A stretch of DNA of 16,466 bases from Fonticula alba ATCC 38817 (lineage: Eukaryota; Protista; Nucleariida): NCBI GenBank assembly GCA_000388065.2, contig KB932230.1. One strand, given 5' to 3'. The position numbers and the translations under genes were made by a program. This document shows positions 1 through 9,385 of the stretch, in pieces. Numbering within the stretch: position 1 is the first letter of the stretch; each line of letters begins with the position of its first letter. The notes beneath the pieces were generated by a model that ran no database searches, was not told where the DNA came from, and saw only the letters and a list, made by a program, of their open reading frames with translations.

Positions 1-121
1 CCTTGCGTCCCTTTCAATGATCCTGTTTTCCCTTCCCCTTTCCCCTCACCTCTTGTCCTCCCGCCGCCTCTCTCGGCCATCCCACCATGCCGACATGGAC
101 GCCTCCGTCGAAAAAAAAAAG

Positions 122-463
122 ACGGTCGACGCCGGGATCCACTACCCCGGAGTGCTGTCATGTAATTTGTGCGCCGAGATCTTCCTGGCTCGACTGATTC
201 CGATCATCCCGGTCAGTGTACGAGTCACGCTCAAGCGCCTGACCGGAGACCTGCGGATCCTGATCAAGAAGCCCCCTTCGCAGCGCATTTGGCTCGGCTT
301 CCACGAGCGCCCGAAGGTGGAGTTGGAGTTCTCGCCCCAGCTTGGTGCCCAGGGGGTGGACTTGCAGGTCCTTCTTCGTTTTTTGGAGAAGCTGGTGCTC
401 GAGGTCATCGACGAGGTGATGGTCCTGCCGAGCATGGAGGACTTCTGGGTCCCGGTCATGTAG
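122..463 (+). CDS. 3'-terminal exon of an SMP-domain lipid-transfer protein (TEX2/Nvj2-like); the rest of the gene lies upstream of the window
   Basis: Translation DAGIHYPGVLSCNLCAEIFL...IPVSVRVTLKRLTGDLRILIKKPPSQRIWLGFHERPKVELEFSPQLG...EVIDEVMVLPSMEDFWVPVM* follows the TEX2/Nvj2 SMP C-terminal pattern (PPxxRxWxGF...P.LG...MVxPxMxD). Bases 1-90 are pyrimidine-rich and intron-like. The 5' exon boundary is uncertain: AAG at 119-121 is in frame, and GAG at 176-178 is an alternative. Stop TAG at 461-463. Confidence 0.72.
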   Translation, partial: TVDAGIHYPGVLSCNLCAEIFLARLIPIIPVSVRVTLKRLTGDLRILIKKPPSQRIWLGFHERPKVELEFSPQLGAQGVDLQVLLRFLEKLVLEVIDEVMVLPSMEDFWVPVM

Positions 464-631
464 GCCTACGTAGTTGTATACCGGGTCAAGCTCCAAACAA
501 TGAACTTCCCAGCCTTTGTGGATATGCCCATTGCTTTCCTACGGGGAGGGTTGTGATCTATTTGTCGGTATGCAGTTGGGTGCAAGCAAAAGGAGGTGTA
601 CATGGCCACAGGCAGTTCCGCCTACCGGCTG

Positions 632-3386
632 TTAGAAGTATCGCGGGAAGCCCGGGTCCACCTGGTTGGCCCATGCGGTGAAGCCACCGATCATATCAGC
701 GTAAAGGCCTGGCGCGTGGGTCGTCTCGAAGTGGTCCCGCGCGCGCTGGGATTCGTTGCCTCGGCGGCAAAGGGTGATGGCTGGGGGTTTGGTGAGCGAA
801 GGAAGAGCGTATTCGGAGCAGGAGAGGGGGAAGTTGGGATAGCAATAATCCGCCACAGGGCAACATACTCAGGTCCACCGAAGGGGAAGCCTGATGCTTT
901 TTCAGGTTTGACATTTCAACATCTAGAGAGCGTGTTCGTGCGCGCGCACACATGTGTGGTTGTGGTTGTGTGTGTGTGTGGGGGGGGGGGAGAGGGGGAG
1001 GGAGAGGAGGGATCGCGAGAAGGAGTGTCACTGGGAGCGAAAAAAGAAGAGCAAACGGAGCCGAGTCACACGTACGAGTCGTGCCAGCCAGATGCGCCAT
1101 GTTCCAATGGGTCGCCGGGCGAACATCGAGGAGCTCCACGACCAGTCCAGCCTCGAGTTGGGAGAGCGCCGGCGCACTGCCGGCCGGCTGGCCGGGCACC
1201 GCAGGGGCCAGGCACGACCCGGCGGACAGGGCGACCGCACTTCGGAGGCGCCAGACGGGACGACAGCCAGCATCCGCACAGCAGCTCTCACTATCGCCAG
1301 CAATACGACCACATGCGAGTCCCTCGCGGTCGGCCGCGGACAGAAGGTCCCGGACATCACCGGCCGTCAGCCGGGCATTCGACAGCCCAGGCTGCCCGAC
1401 CGGATGGACGTACATGCCGCAGTTGAAGTCCGGATGGAGTTTTTGTGCCAAGCCAGGGAACAGCTCCCACCCCGGAGCTGACAGATGCGCGGACCAGGCC
1501 CGGATCAGCTCTAGCTCCTGCTGGCGGGCATTCGGCGAAGCCAGTTGCTTAGCGACTTGAGCAATGATGATACTTGTGGGATTGGCTGGCAGAGGAGCCC
1601 CCTGTCGCGGGTCCACCAGAGGAATGGGTTTGCGATCGGCAAATGCGAAGGCCTCCGAGTCGGCCAAAGGCGCGCAGAGACACTTCCCAGGGGGCCGGCG
1701 CCAGCGCATGCGCGATGTGCGGAACTCCGCGGTGCGCCCATTCAGAGATAGGAGGTTACCAATCAGAGCAGCTTAATGTGTGTGTGTGTGTGTGTGTGTA
1801 TGTGTGTGTGTATGTGTGTGTGTATGTGTGTGTGTGTATGTGTGTGCGTGTGTGAGTGAAGGATAGAAATGCAGATATGCGAAGGAAGGCATGCTGGGAA
1901 GGGGCTTGCCACAGGGCAGCCGGGAGAGGGGGGAAGGGGGCAAGAAAGGAGCAGACGCACAAGTGCCGAACATGATCAACTTGACAGTCTCCAGAGCCTG
2001 AAGCAGGCCAATGAGGCCGGGGACTGTGACGGGGGGGAGGGTCAGCTCTAGTTGAGCACAGCCGAAGCACGGGAATGGGACAGGAGGGGTGAAAAAAAAA
2101 AGCACGCCGTACTCATGGCCACAACGCCGCTGGAGCCGCACGAGCCGACGGTTTGCGGCGGCGGCGGACGCGGATGAAGACACCGATAGCATGGGCCATC
2201 CTCCGAGCCGTTATAGATGGTAAGCTGGTGCGGGCGCAGACACGAGGAAAGGGGTCAGGATTTCTGGGCTTTGCATTCTGTGATCGGCTCCATTGCACGG
2301 AGATCGTACCTGCCCATGCCAGCCAAGGGCACTGCCTGAAACCAGGACCCGACCGGTGGCGACGCACGCATCGCTCAGAGCATAGCGGATGCTGACATTG
2401 TCCGTCGCATCGAGGACAATGTCATACCTGAGTGGCCCGCCGCAGGTCAGAAAGGGAGGGGAGGGATCCACCATGCGCGCGATTTGGCAGAGCTACACAA
2501 ACGCCCCGACTGGGGGACCGTACTGTTGGATGAGGTCGATGGCCGATTGGCGATCGAGCTTTTCCCGAATGACCGTGGTCTTTACCGAGGGATTGCGCCT
2601 GAAAGGCCGGTATGACAGTCAGTATCCGATGACGATGCAATCTCCGCGAGCAGGGCAAGGTATGGTCGCACGCGCGAATGCCTTCGGCAAGGGCCTCGGC
2701 CTTGGAGCGGCCGAGATCCGGGACACCGAAGGCAATTTGCCGGGGGAGGTTGCTGCGCTCAACGAGATCAAAGTCCACAAGGCCCAGCTCGCCTGAGGAG
2801 GTGGCCAAGAGGAGGACAGCCAAGACCGCCAGGATGTCAGCAGAAATGAAAGGAAGTGCAGTGATGCTGGGCGGGAAATGACGAAGAGGAGGGAATCGCA
2901 GGAAGTCCGGGGCAGCGCACCTAAACCACAGGCCCCGAGGTACAGACCGGCCGGGGCACCGAGCCCACCGCAGCCAACTAACAGGACCCGGGCCTGGGCC
3001 AAGCGAGCTTGTCCGGAGAGCTTGGCTGCGGGATTGATCGAGAATTCCGAGCACAGGTCGTTCCCCAGGCCCGGCAGGGTCCAAGGGGGGAGCTCAGCGG
3101 CCGAGAAGGAGAACTCCGGCAGCAGAAGCTGCCGCGAGTAGCGGCCAATTTCCTCGACGGTCAGCCCCTCGAGAGTGACGAGCTTCGGGACACCGCCAAC
3201 ATCACCGGCATCGCCAGTCTTGCCAGAGACAGTGGACCCGGCTGGGAGGCCAGCACAGTAGCAGGGGGTATGCGGCACAGACACGGGGCAGGTTGAGGCG
3301 GATAGACCCGCCTCAAGGGCCGCAATGTGTGCCTCTGCGCATTCGATACGCCGGCGAAGGAGATCCGTCTCCGTGGCGACGGACAT
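632..3386 (-). CDS. MOCS3: Adenylyltransferase and sulfurtransferase MOCS3/Uba4 (ThiF/MoeB E1-like domain plus C-terminal rhodanese), 617 aa
   Basis: Exons (minus strand): 3386-2921, 2792-2672, 2598-2524, 2427-2310, 2224-2113, 2023-1961, 1771-1076, 922-869, 780-632. All junctions are GT-AG and phase-consistent, total 1854 nt. Motifs: N-terminal coiled-coil-like [77 protein letters not shown], rhodanese loop [24 protein letters not shown]. Confidence 0.95.
1777..1854. repeat. Compound (TG)n/TA microsatellite in MOCS3 intron 6; reads (CA)n on the transcript
   Basis: About 78 nt of TG repeats interrupted by TA and one CG, immediately next to the inferred acceptor at 1772. Confidence 0.95.
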
Positions 3387-3469
3387 GAGGGGGAGCCAGA
3401 GCCGGGGCGCGAGGCAGGGCAGGCAGGACAGGAGGTAACAGTGCGGGTGGGGGAGGGGGCACAACGGTA

Positions 3470-3489
3470 GCGCGCGCGCGTGCGTGCAT

Positions 3490-3520
<31 letters not shown>
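3470..3520. repeat. Alternating purine-pyrimidine tract: (GC)n, then (GT)n, then (GC)n
   Basis: gcgcgcgcgcgtgcgtgcatgtgtgt...gtgcgcgcgcg is 51 nt of unbroken R/Y alternation, 84-134 nt upstream of the MOCS3 ATG. Confidence 0.9.
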
Positions 3521-3794
3521 AGACCGGAATATTGTGGGGGCTTTTTTTGTGAGAGACAGTCAGATCACTTGCCCACGGGAGCCGCCATCTGGAGAAAACC
3601 CACCCCTTTGTGGTATTCCCCCCCTTCGCGTCCCCACGCAAAATCCAGATGCCCTTGGTTTGGACACATTCTCCGACACTGGCCTGGTGGGGGAAAGCTG
3701 CTTGTGCGGCATGGAGTTGGCAGGTGTGCGTGTGTCTGAACACGCGTGTGCGATCGGGAGGCAGATCGATCGGCCCGGGGATTTCTCGCTGGCT

Positions 3795-3800
3795 TTTAAT
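3795..3800 (-). terminator. Candidate polyadenylation signal (ATTAAA variant) for the DDX51 transcript
   Basis: Minus strand reads ttaatagaATTAAAag, a rare AT-rich island about 100 nt downstream of the DDX51 stop. The role is inferred from position only. Confidence 0.35.
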
Positions 3801-3898
3801 TCTATTAAGGGTGTATTGTCTAAAAAAGCAGGATGAAAGGGTGCTCCAAATGGGTTTGTGCGCCTGTGTGGGTGTATGTACAACCGGTGTATTCCCCC

Positions 3899-6800
3899 TC
3901 ACTTGGACTCGGACTTCTTCTTATCCTTCTTGGCAGATTTATCCTCCTTGGAGGACTTCTTCTTGTCGGACTTGTCCTTCTTGTCGGACTTTTCCTTCTT
4001 GTCCTTCTTGTCGGACTTTTCCTTCTTGTCTTTCTTGTCGGACTTCTCCTTCTTGTCAGACTTGTCAGACTTGTCCTTCTTGTCAGACTTGTCCTTCTTG
4101 TCAGACTTGTCCTTCTTGTCAGACTTGTCCTTCTTGTCAGACTTGTCCTTCTTGTCCTTCTGCTCCTCCTTGTCGGACTTGGCCTTCTTGTCCTTCTGCT
4201 CCTTCTTGTCGGACTTGTCCTTCTTCGCAGACTTTGAACCCTCCTCACCAGGCTTCTTGTCATCCTTTCCGGGTTTCTCGTCGGACTTCTTCTTCTTGTC
4301 CTCCTTCTTGCTGGACTTCTTGTCCTCCTTGCGAGACTTCTTCGGCACCGGGTCCGGAGCATCCGCCTGGGCCGCATCATCGCGACTGCGCTTCCGGGCT
4401 TCCTTGTCACGGCCCTTGTCACTCTTCGAGGACTTGAGCACCTTGCCGGCCGACACGGCCTCGCGCCGGCGCTTCTTGCTAGGCTCGAGCTCGGGCTCCG
4501 GCTCCGGCTCCGACTGATTGTCATCCGAGGAATCGGAGCTCAACGAGGCCGAGGAGGAGGAAGAGCCAGCGGCGGCCCGGGCACCACGCTTACGCTTCTT
4601 CGACGAGCCACCATCTTCACCATCGTCTTCGGAGCTCTCCGACGAGTCAGAGGCGCTGGACGAATCGGAAGATGCAGAAGACAGGTTGGAGGAATCCGAA
4701 GAGGCGACCACCGCAGCCGGGATGGCCACAGGAGATAGCTTGATTTCTGGCTCGGTATCTGAATCGGAGCTCGAGGCCGAATCCGAGTCCGAGCTCGAAT
4801 CCGAAGAGGAGGACGAGCTGCTGGAATCCCCCTCCGGGAAGATGTATCTCCCGGCGCTGGGCAGAGCCGGCTCCTCCTCCTCCTCCTCCTCCTCGTCGTC
4901 GTCAGAGGCCGCCGAGTCAGAGCCGGATGCCGGCCCATCAGCAGACGGATCCGAGGCCCGAGGCGCCTCGATGAGGCCGACCACGGTGGCCACCGGCGGG
5001 ACCCCCTCCCACCGGGGAAGGGCCCACGAGTCGTCCATAGCGTCGAGGGCATACTTGGCCAGCAGAGCCTCGCTGGCCTGGACAGCGGCAGCAACCGACT
5101 GGCGAGTCTTCTCCGTGGTAGCCAGCTTCTCCTCGGCCAAAAGGTCCTTCAGGGCGGCGAGGGCCCGGCGGAAGCGCGGCCGCATGGGCTCCAGCTCGCG
5201 ATCGAAGTTGACGCGCCAGCGCTCAAGACGGTTGGCCTCCGGCGCCTGCCCGCCAAAGGACTTGATCGTTCGCCGGTGCATGTCCCGGAAGGGCCGCACC
5301 TCGGTCGGCAGGCAGATGGTGTGCGCGTGGCCAGTGCGCCCGGCGCGAGCCGTCCGCCCAGCGCGGTGAACATACGTCGGCAGGCGCATCGGCGCATCGT
5401 AGTTGATGACATGCTCGATGATGTCCAAATCCAGGCCACGGGCCATGGAGTCCGAGCAGATGAGACTATCCCCCCCCCCCCCCCCGTCACAGACCCATCC
5501 CAGGAAAGCGGCGCCAGGAGTGTGAGTTTCGAGGTTGCACGCTGCCCCAAGTGCCACTCTTGTGTGTTCCTCTGCCCGGCCAGGAGCAAAAGTGCACGAA
5601 GGAGGAAGGGGGAGAAATGCCAAGAAAGGGGCCGGCAGACCCACCGAGCAGCACGTACAGGTTGATATGGCCATTTCGGAAGCGATTGAGAATCCGCGTG
5701 CGAGACTTCATATCCAGGGCACCGGAGAATTCGGCCACCTCGATGCCACCGAGCAGCTGCACCAAGCGGAAGAGCCTATACGTGGGAAGCCGAGCAGGGC
5801 AACGTCAGCAAAGGGAACCCCCCGGCCGGGAAGGGAAGGAGGGAGGGAGAAATCGGGGGACCGAGGGAGCCAGGGTGGGGTGGGCCCGGCCGGCCGGCAG
5901 GAGCAGGCATCATGGAAAGCCGCCACTCCATGCCACGATGGGAGTCCATGACTGGGAGGATCATGGGCAAGTGTTCGCAACGCACCGGTGCGTGGATTCC
6001 ACACTGCTGACGAAGCAGACCACCTTCTGCATGCCCAGGCGGCGCAGAGCATACAGCAAGACCAGGGGCTTGTCCTCGGGCGCGGAGACTACCATGTGCT
6101 CGATCAGAGTGGGCGGCATGACGAAGGAGCGCTCCTCCTGGGTAGAGGTCTGGGAATGTGCAGCGCCGGTGGCCATGGCCGTGGCACCGTGCGGCTCCTC
6201 GGCCATCTGGGACACTGGCTGCAGGCCGAGGTCCACAGTAAAGAAGCGTGGCCGGAAGAGGCGCAGACTGGCGATCTTGGCCGGGTTACGCGTGAGCGTG
6301 GCACTAACCAGGATCTTCTGAAGGAACTGGTGCCTCGGCGGCTCGCGCATGCACGGGGTATGGCCCTGGGCCCGAAGGGACACGGCGTCCGGTTCCGGGG
6401 TGTTCCTGCGCACGAGCACATGCATTCGTGTACATGTATGGATGCATGCATACGTGTGTGTGTGTGTGTGAGTGTGTGTGTAAATGTGAAACGTGAGTAG
6501 GGGAAAGCAGACAAAGAGGCATGTGTACAAAGAGGCCTCAGCAGGACGCACCAGCTGGGCGCCGTGGCCCGCGGGTCGCATGCCTCGAGCACACGGGGCA
6601 GCCAGTTGTGGTACGAGTCATTCATCAGCCGGTCGGCCTCGTCAATCACCAGGAAGCGCAGATGCTGCAGGGTAAAGCCCGGGGTCTGGGCCAAATGGTC
6701 CATCAGGCGGCCAGGCGTGCAAACCAGAATGTCCAGGGCACTGTGGCCGCCGGCCAGGCGGCCGGGACCGGCAACATGCCCCGGAGCGTCATCCTCCGGC

Positions 6801-8056
6801 TGGAAGGCCGACAGCGCCGGATGCACCATGGAGGCCTGCTCCGCGGACAAGGACCGAATACCGGCGGCCAGGCCCACGCGCAAATCCGTCCCGGCGATCA
6901 GGCGACTGAAGACCTGGTGAATTTGCACGGCCAGCTCGCGCGTCGGCAGGACCACCAGCGCCCGGAGGCGGACCACCCGTCGACCGGTCAGGGCCTCGAT
7001 CACGGGCACCGCAAAGCTCAGGGTCTTGCCGCTGCCGGTGGGCGCGGCGATACACACGTCACCGGTGGCCAAACCAGCCAGTCCCAGTGGCAGGGGCTCG
7101 CCTCCGCCAATGGAGACCCCCGGCTCCGAGGGATTCTCCCGGCGAAGGGTCTGACACACGGCCGCCTGGATGGGGAAAAGCTTCTCAATGCCAAACTGCC
7201 GGGTCAGTGTACGTGCCATGGTCGAGGACAGGACCTCCGGCTGCGGCTCCAACAGCGACAGACCCTGTGTCAAGTCCGAGGGGAACACCTGGATGAGCGT
7301 GCCATCGGTGGACCGGGCGGTCGCGCGCGCCGTCAAGGACAACGAATCATCAAAGTCCTCCTCGGCCATGTCCAGGGTCTTGCCGGTGTCTGGCAGCCCA
7401 GTGGCGACATCCACCGCCGGGGTGGTGTACGCCCGGTCGATGAGAATCTGGCGGGCCTTCAAGTCGGCCAGCTGTCCGGGCATGTTCTCATTCAGGCTGC
7501 TCTCGTCTTCCGACTCGTCGCCATCCTGGTCGTCATCGCTGTCGGAGGAGAGGGCTTCCTCCTCCTCGTCGTGCGACTCGATCGGGGCGTCGGCCTCGGC
7601 TTCGAGGCCATCGGCATCGGCGTTGGCGGACTTGCGCGGGCGCGCGCGGAACCGGTTCGACAAGGGCCGCTGTTGAGCCAGCGCCTCGGCCCGGCGCTGC
7701 ACCCGGTGCCAGTTCTTCAGGGCATTTTTCGCCGGATCCAGGGCCTTCTTCTTCTTGGCGGACTTCCCTGGCGCTGGCGCGGGCCGAGCGGACACCGCGG
7801 ACATGTCAGCGGCTTTGTACGGGGGGAGGAAGAGGAGGAGGGGGGGGGGACGGGCTGAAAGGAGGGAGAGAGAGAGGCAGAGGCCGGGCAGAGGGGGAGA
7901 AGGGATGGAGAGAAGGAGACACAGGGAGAGGGAGAGAGCGAATAGGAAGGGGAGAGTGTGTTACCTCTATAGCGCGGGCGACCCCCCGCCGCAGCACCGC
8001 TCGAAAAAGCCCCGGCCCTTGCGTCTCCATGCTGTTGGAGATCGCTCCGCTCCACT

Positions 8057-8128
<72 letters not shown>

Positions 8129-8265
8129 CGGCTTGTCCCCTCGCCTCGCGCCATTCCCACCAGCCAGGGCGCTTTCTTGGGGGTCGGCTTTCCTGCCTGT
8201 TTCCGCGCCGTGCCGCGCCCCCGGCCCTTGTCTCCGGGCGAGGGAGAGAACCGCCGCGAAGCCAT
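3899..8265 (-). CDS. DDX51: ATP-dependent DEAD-box RNA helicase DDX51/Dbp6 (60S biogenesis) with long C-terminal low-complexity tail; about 1,154 aa (1,118 aa if ATG 7804 is used)
   Basis: Exons (minus strand): 8265-8127 (tentative), 7773-6552, 6405-5986, 5775-5659, 5465-3899, all phase-consistent. Motifs: Q motif LFPIQAAV, APTGSGKT, LPTRELA, TPGRLMDH, DEAD, SATLTRNP, SDSMARGLD, YVHRAGRTARAG. DDX51-type segments: GFTLQHLRFLVIDEADR, DKPLVLL, GGIEVAEFS. Stop TGA at 3901-3899. Confidence 0.92.
4064..4153 (-). repeat. Five perfect 18-nt tandem repeats encoding (KKDKSD)n, inside a wider degenerate KKD/KKE array (about 3911-4330)
   Basis: Plus-strand unit gtcagacttgtccttctt x5, in frame in the last DDX51 exon. 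Confidence 0.95.
8058..8126. repeat. (CA)n microsatellite of about 34 units; reads (GT)n on the minus-strand transcript
   Basis: Uninterrupted CA repeat read directly from the sequence. Confidence 0.98.
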
Positions 8266-8837
8266 GCGCCACAATCGCCTCGCGTGGGCAGCTACCAACG
8301 GAGTGGGTTCGGTCCGTCGGGAGCAGGAAATTGCCCGTCTCCAAGGAGTGGCCAAGAGACCTGTCGATACTCGTGAGATGTTGCTGCGTTTGTATTCAAG
8401 AGGCGAGGGGGGGGGGGGGGGCGGGTAGCGCATGCGGAGGCGAGTTGGGCATGGATGCCCCCTCCCCGCCCCCCCATACCCACCTCCGTCCCCACGCCAG
8501 GGGCCAGAGGATCATCCCCCCATGGCCGACCATCTTGCCGGATAGCTCTTTTGTCTTTTTCCAATGGAAGTAGCGAGCGGCACGATCCCACATGTACTAC
8601 TGTCCCATGCCATCGTCGCCAGGGCATGTATGGGTGCGGGCCTGATGGGCCCCGCTCGGGAGGAGGCGATCTCCTTCTACAGCGGAGGGAGGGGAAGAAA
8701 GCATACATGAGTGCATGCATGCGCGCGTATGCCCACAGGGAGCTGCACAAGCACGGATGGAGAGGAGAGAGAGAGAGAGAGGGAGCGGCGGGCATGGCAG
8801 GGGCCGGGATTCTTTTTTCCTCCGCCTGGTGACACCC

Positions 8838-9347
8838 TTAGGCGGTGGCCGCCGGGGCCGGGCTCCCGGCATGCTTGACCTTGAGGGCAGCCAGGGTCTC
8901 CTCGGACAGGCGCTCAAAGAGGCGGGCCGGGGTGCCGATGACATGGCCGGGCTTGATGCCAAAGCGGAAGGACTCCGACAGCGCGAGGAGCGGCAGGACG
9001 GCGCCAGACTCGGCAGCCGGGGACAGCTGCTCGCAGATGGCCACCGAGGTGGCCGGGATGAAGGGATGCAGCAGGGTGGCAATGAGGTAGACGAAGTTGA
9101 CCATGACATAGAGGAGGGTGTTGCACTCGTCGGGATTCTCGTTCAGCAGGGTCTGACCGAGCTATGGGCATGCCGCACGCGGGACACGCGGAACGAGCGG
9201 GGCGAGGAGAAAAAGGTTGCGCACGTGCGTGTGTGTGTGTGTGTGTGAGCAAGAGGAAGGGCAGGGCGTGCTTGTGCGCGAGTGCGAAAAGGAAAGCTCC
9301 CCCCTCGGCCAAGTCCCGATTCGGATGGGGGGGGGGGGGGGGGGGGG

Positions 9348-9385
<38 letters not shown>

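Noticed and set aside
4064-4153. Regular short direct repeats that superficially resemble a CRISPR array
   Set aside because: The units are contiguous with no unique spacers, are in frame in an exon, and the context is eukaryotic with no cas genes.
3610-5369. Long plus-strand ORFs (3610-4437, 3833-4237, 3858-4517, 4518-5369) with CPSCQT, LVRLVL or DLSFLS repeats
   Set aside because: They are antisense or alternate-frame shadows of the DDX51 repeat tail; stop-free only because of repeat composition and GC content.
8177-8428. Small plus-strand ORF (…MRHNRLAWAATNGVGSVRREQEIARLQ…)
   Set aside because: No recognisable family, codon third positions less GC-rich than in true exons, ends in a poly-G run, and overlaps the probable DDX51 5' region in antisense. 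A homology search could revive it.
7755-8573. ORFs containing VCVCVC or THTHTH runs (also near 1773-2192, 3480-3836, 9164-9607, 11470-12356)
   Set aside because: Translation of (CA/TG)n microsatellites in introns or intergenic DNA.
8447-8732. Short palindromes and hairpins (gggcat-gg-atgccc; gcatac...gtatgc)
   Set aside because: Stems of about 6 bp are expected by chance in GC-rich, ATGC-repeat-rich DNA; no terminator or ncRNA pattern.
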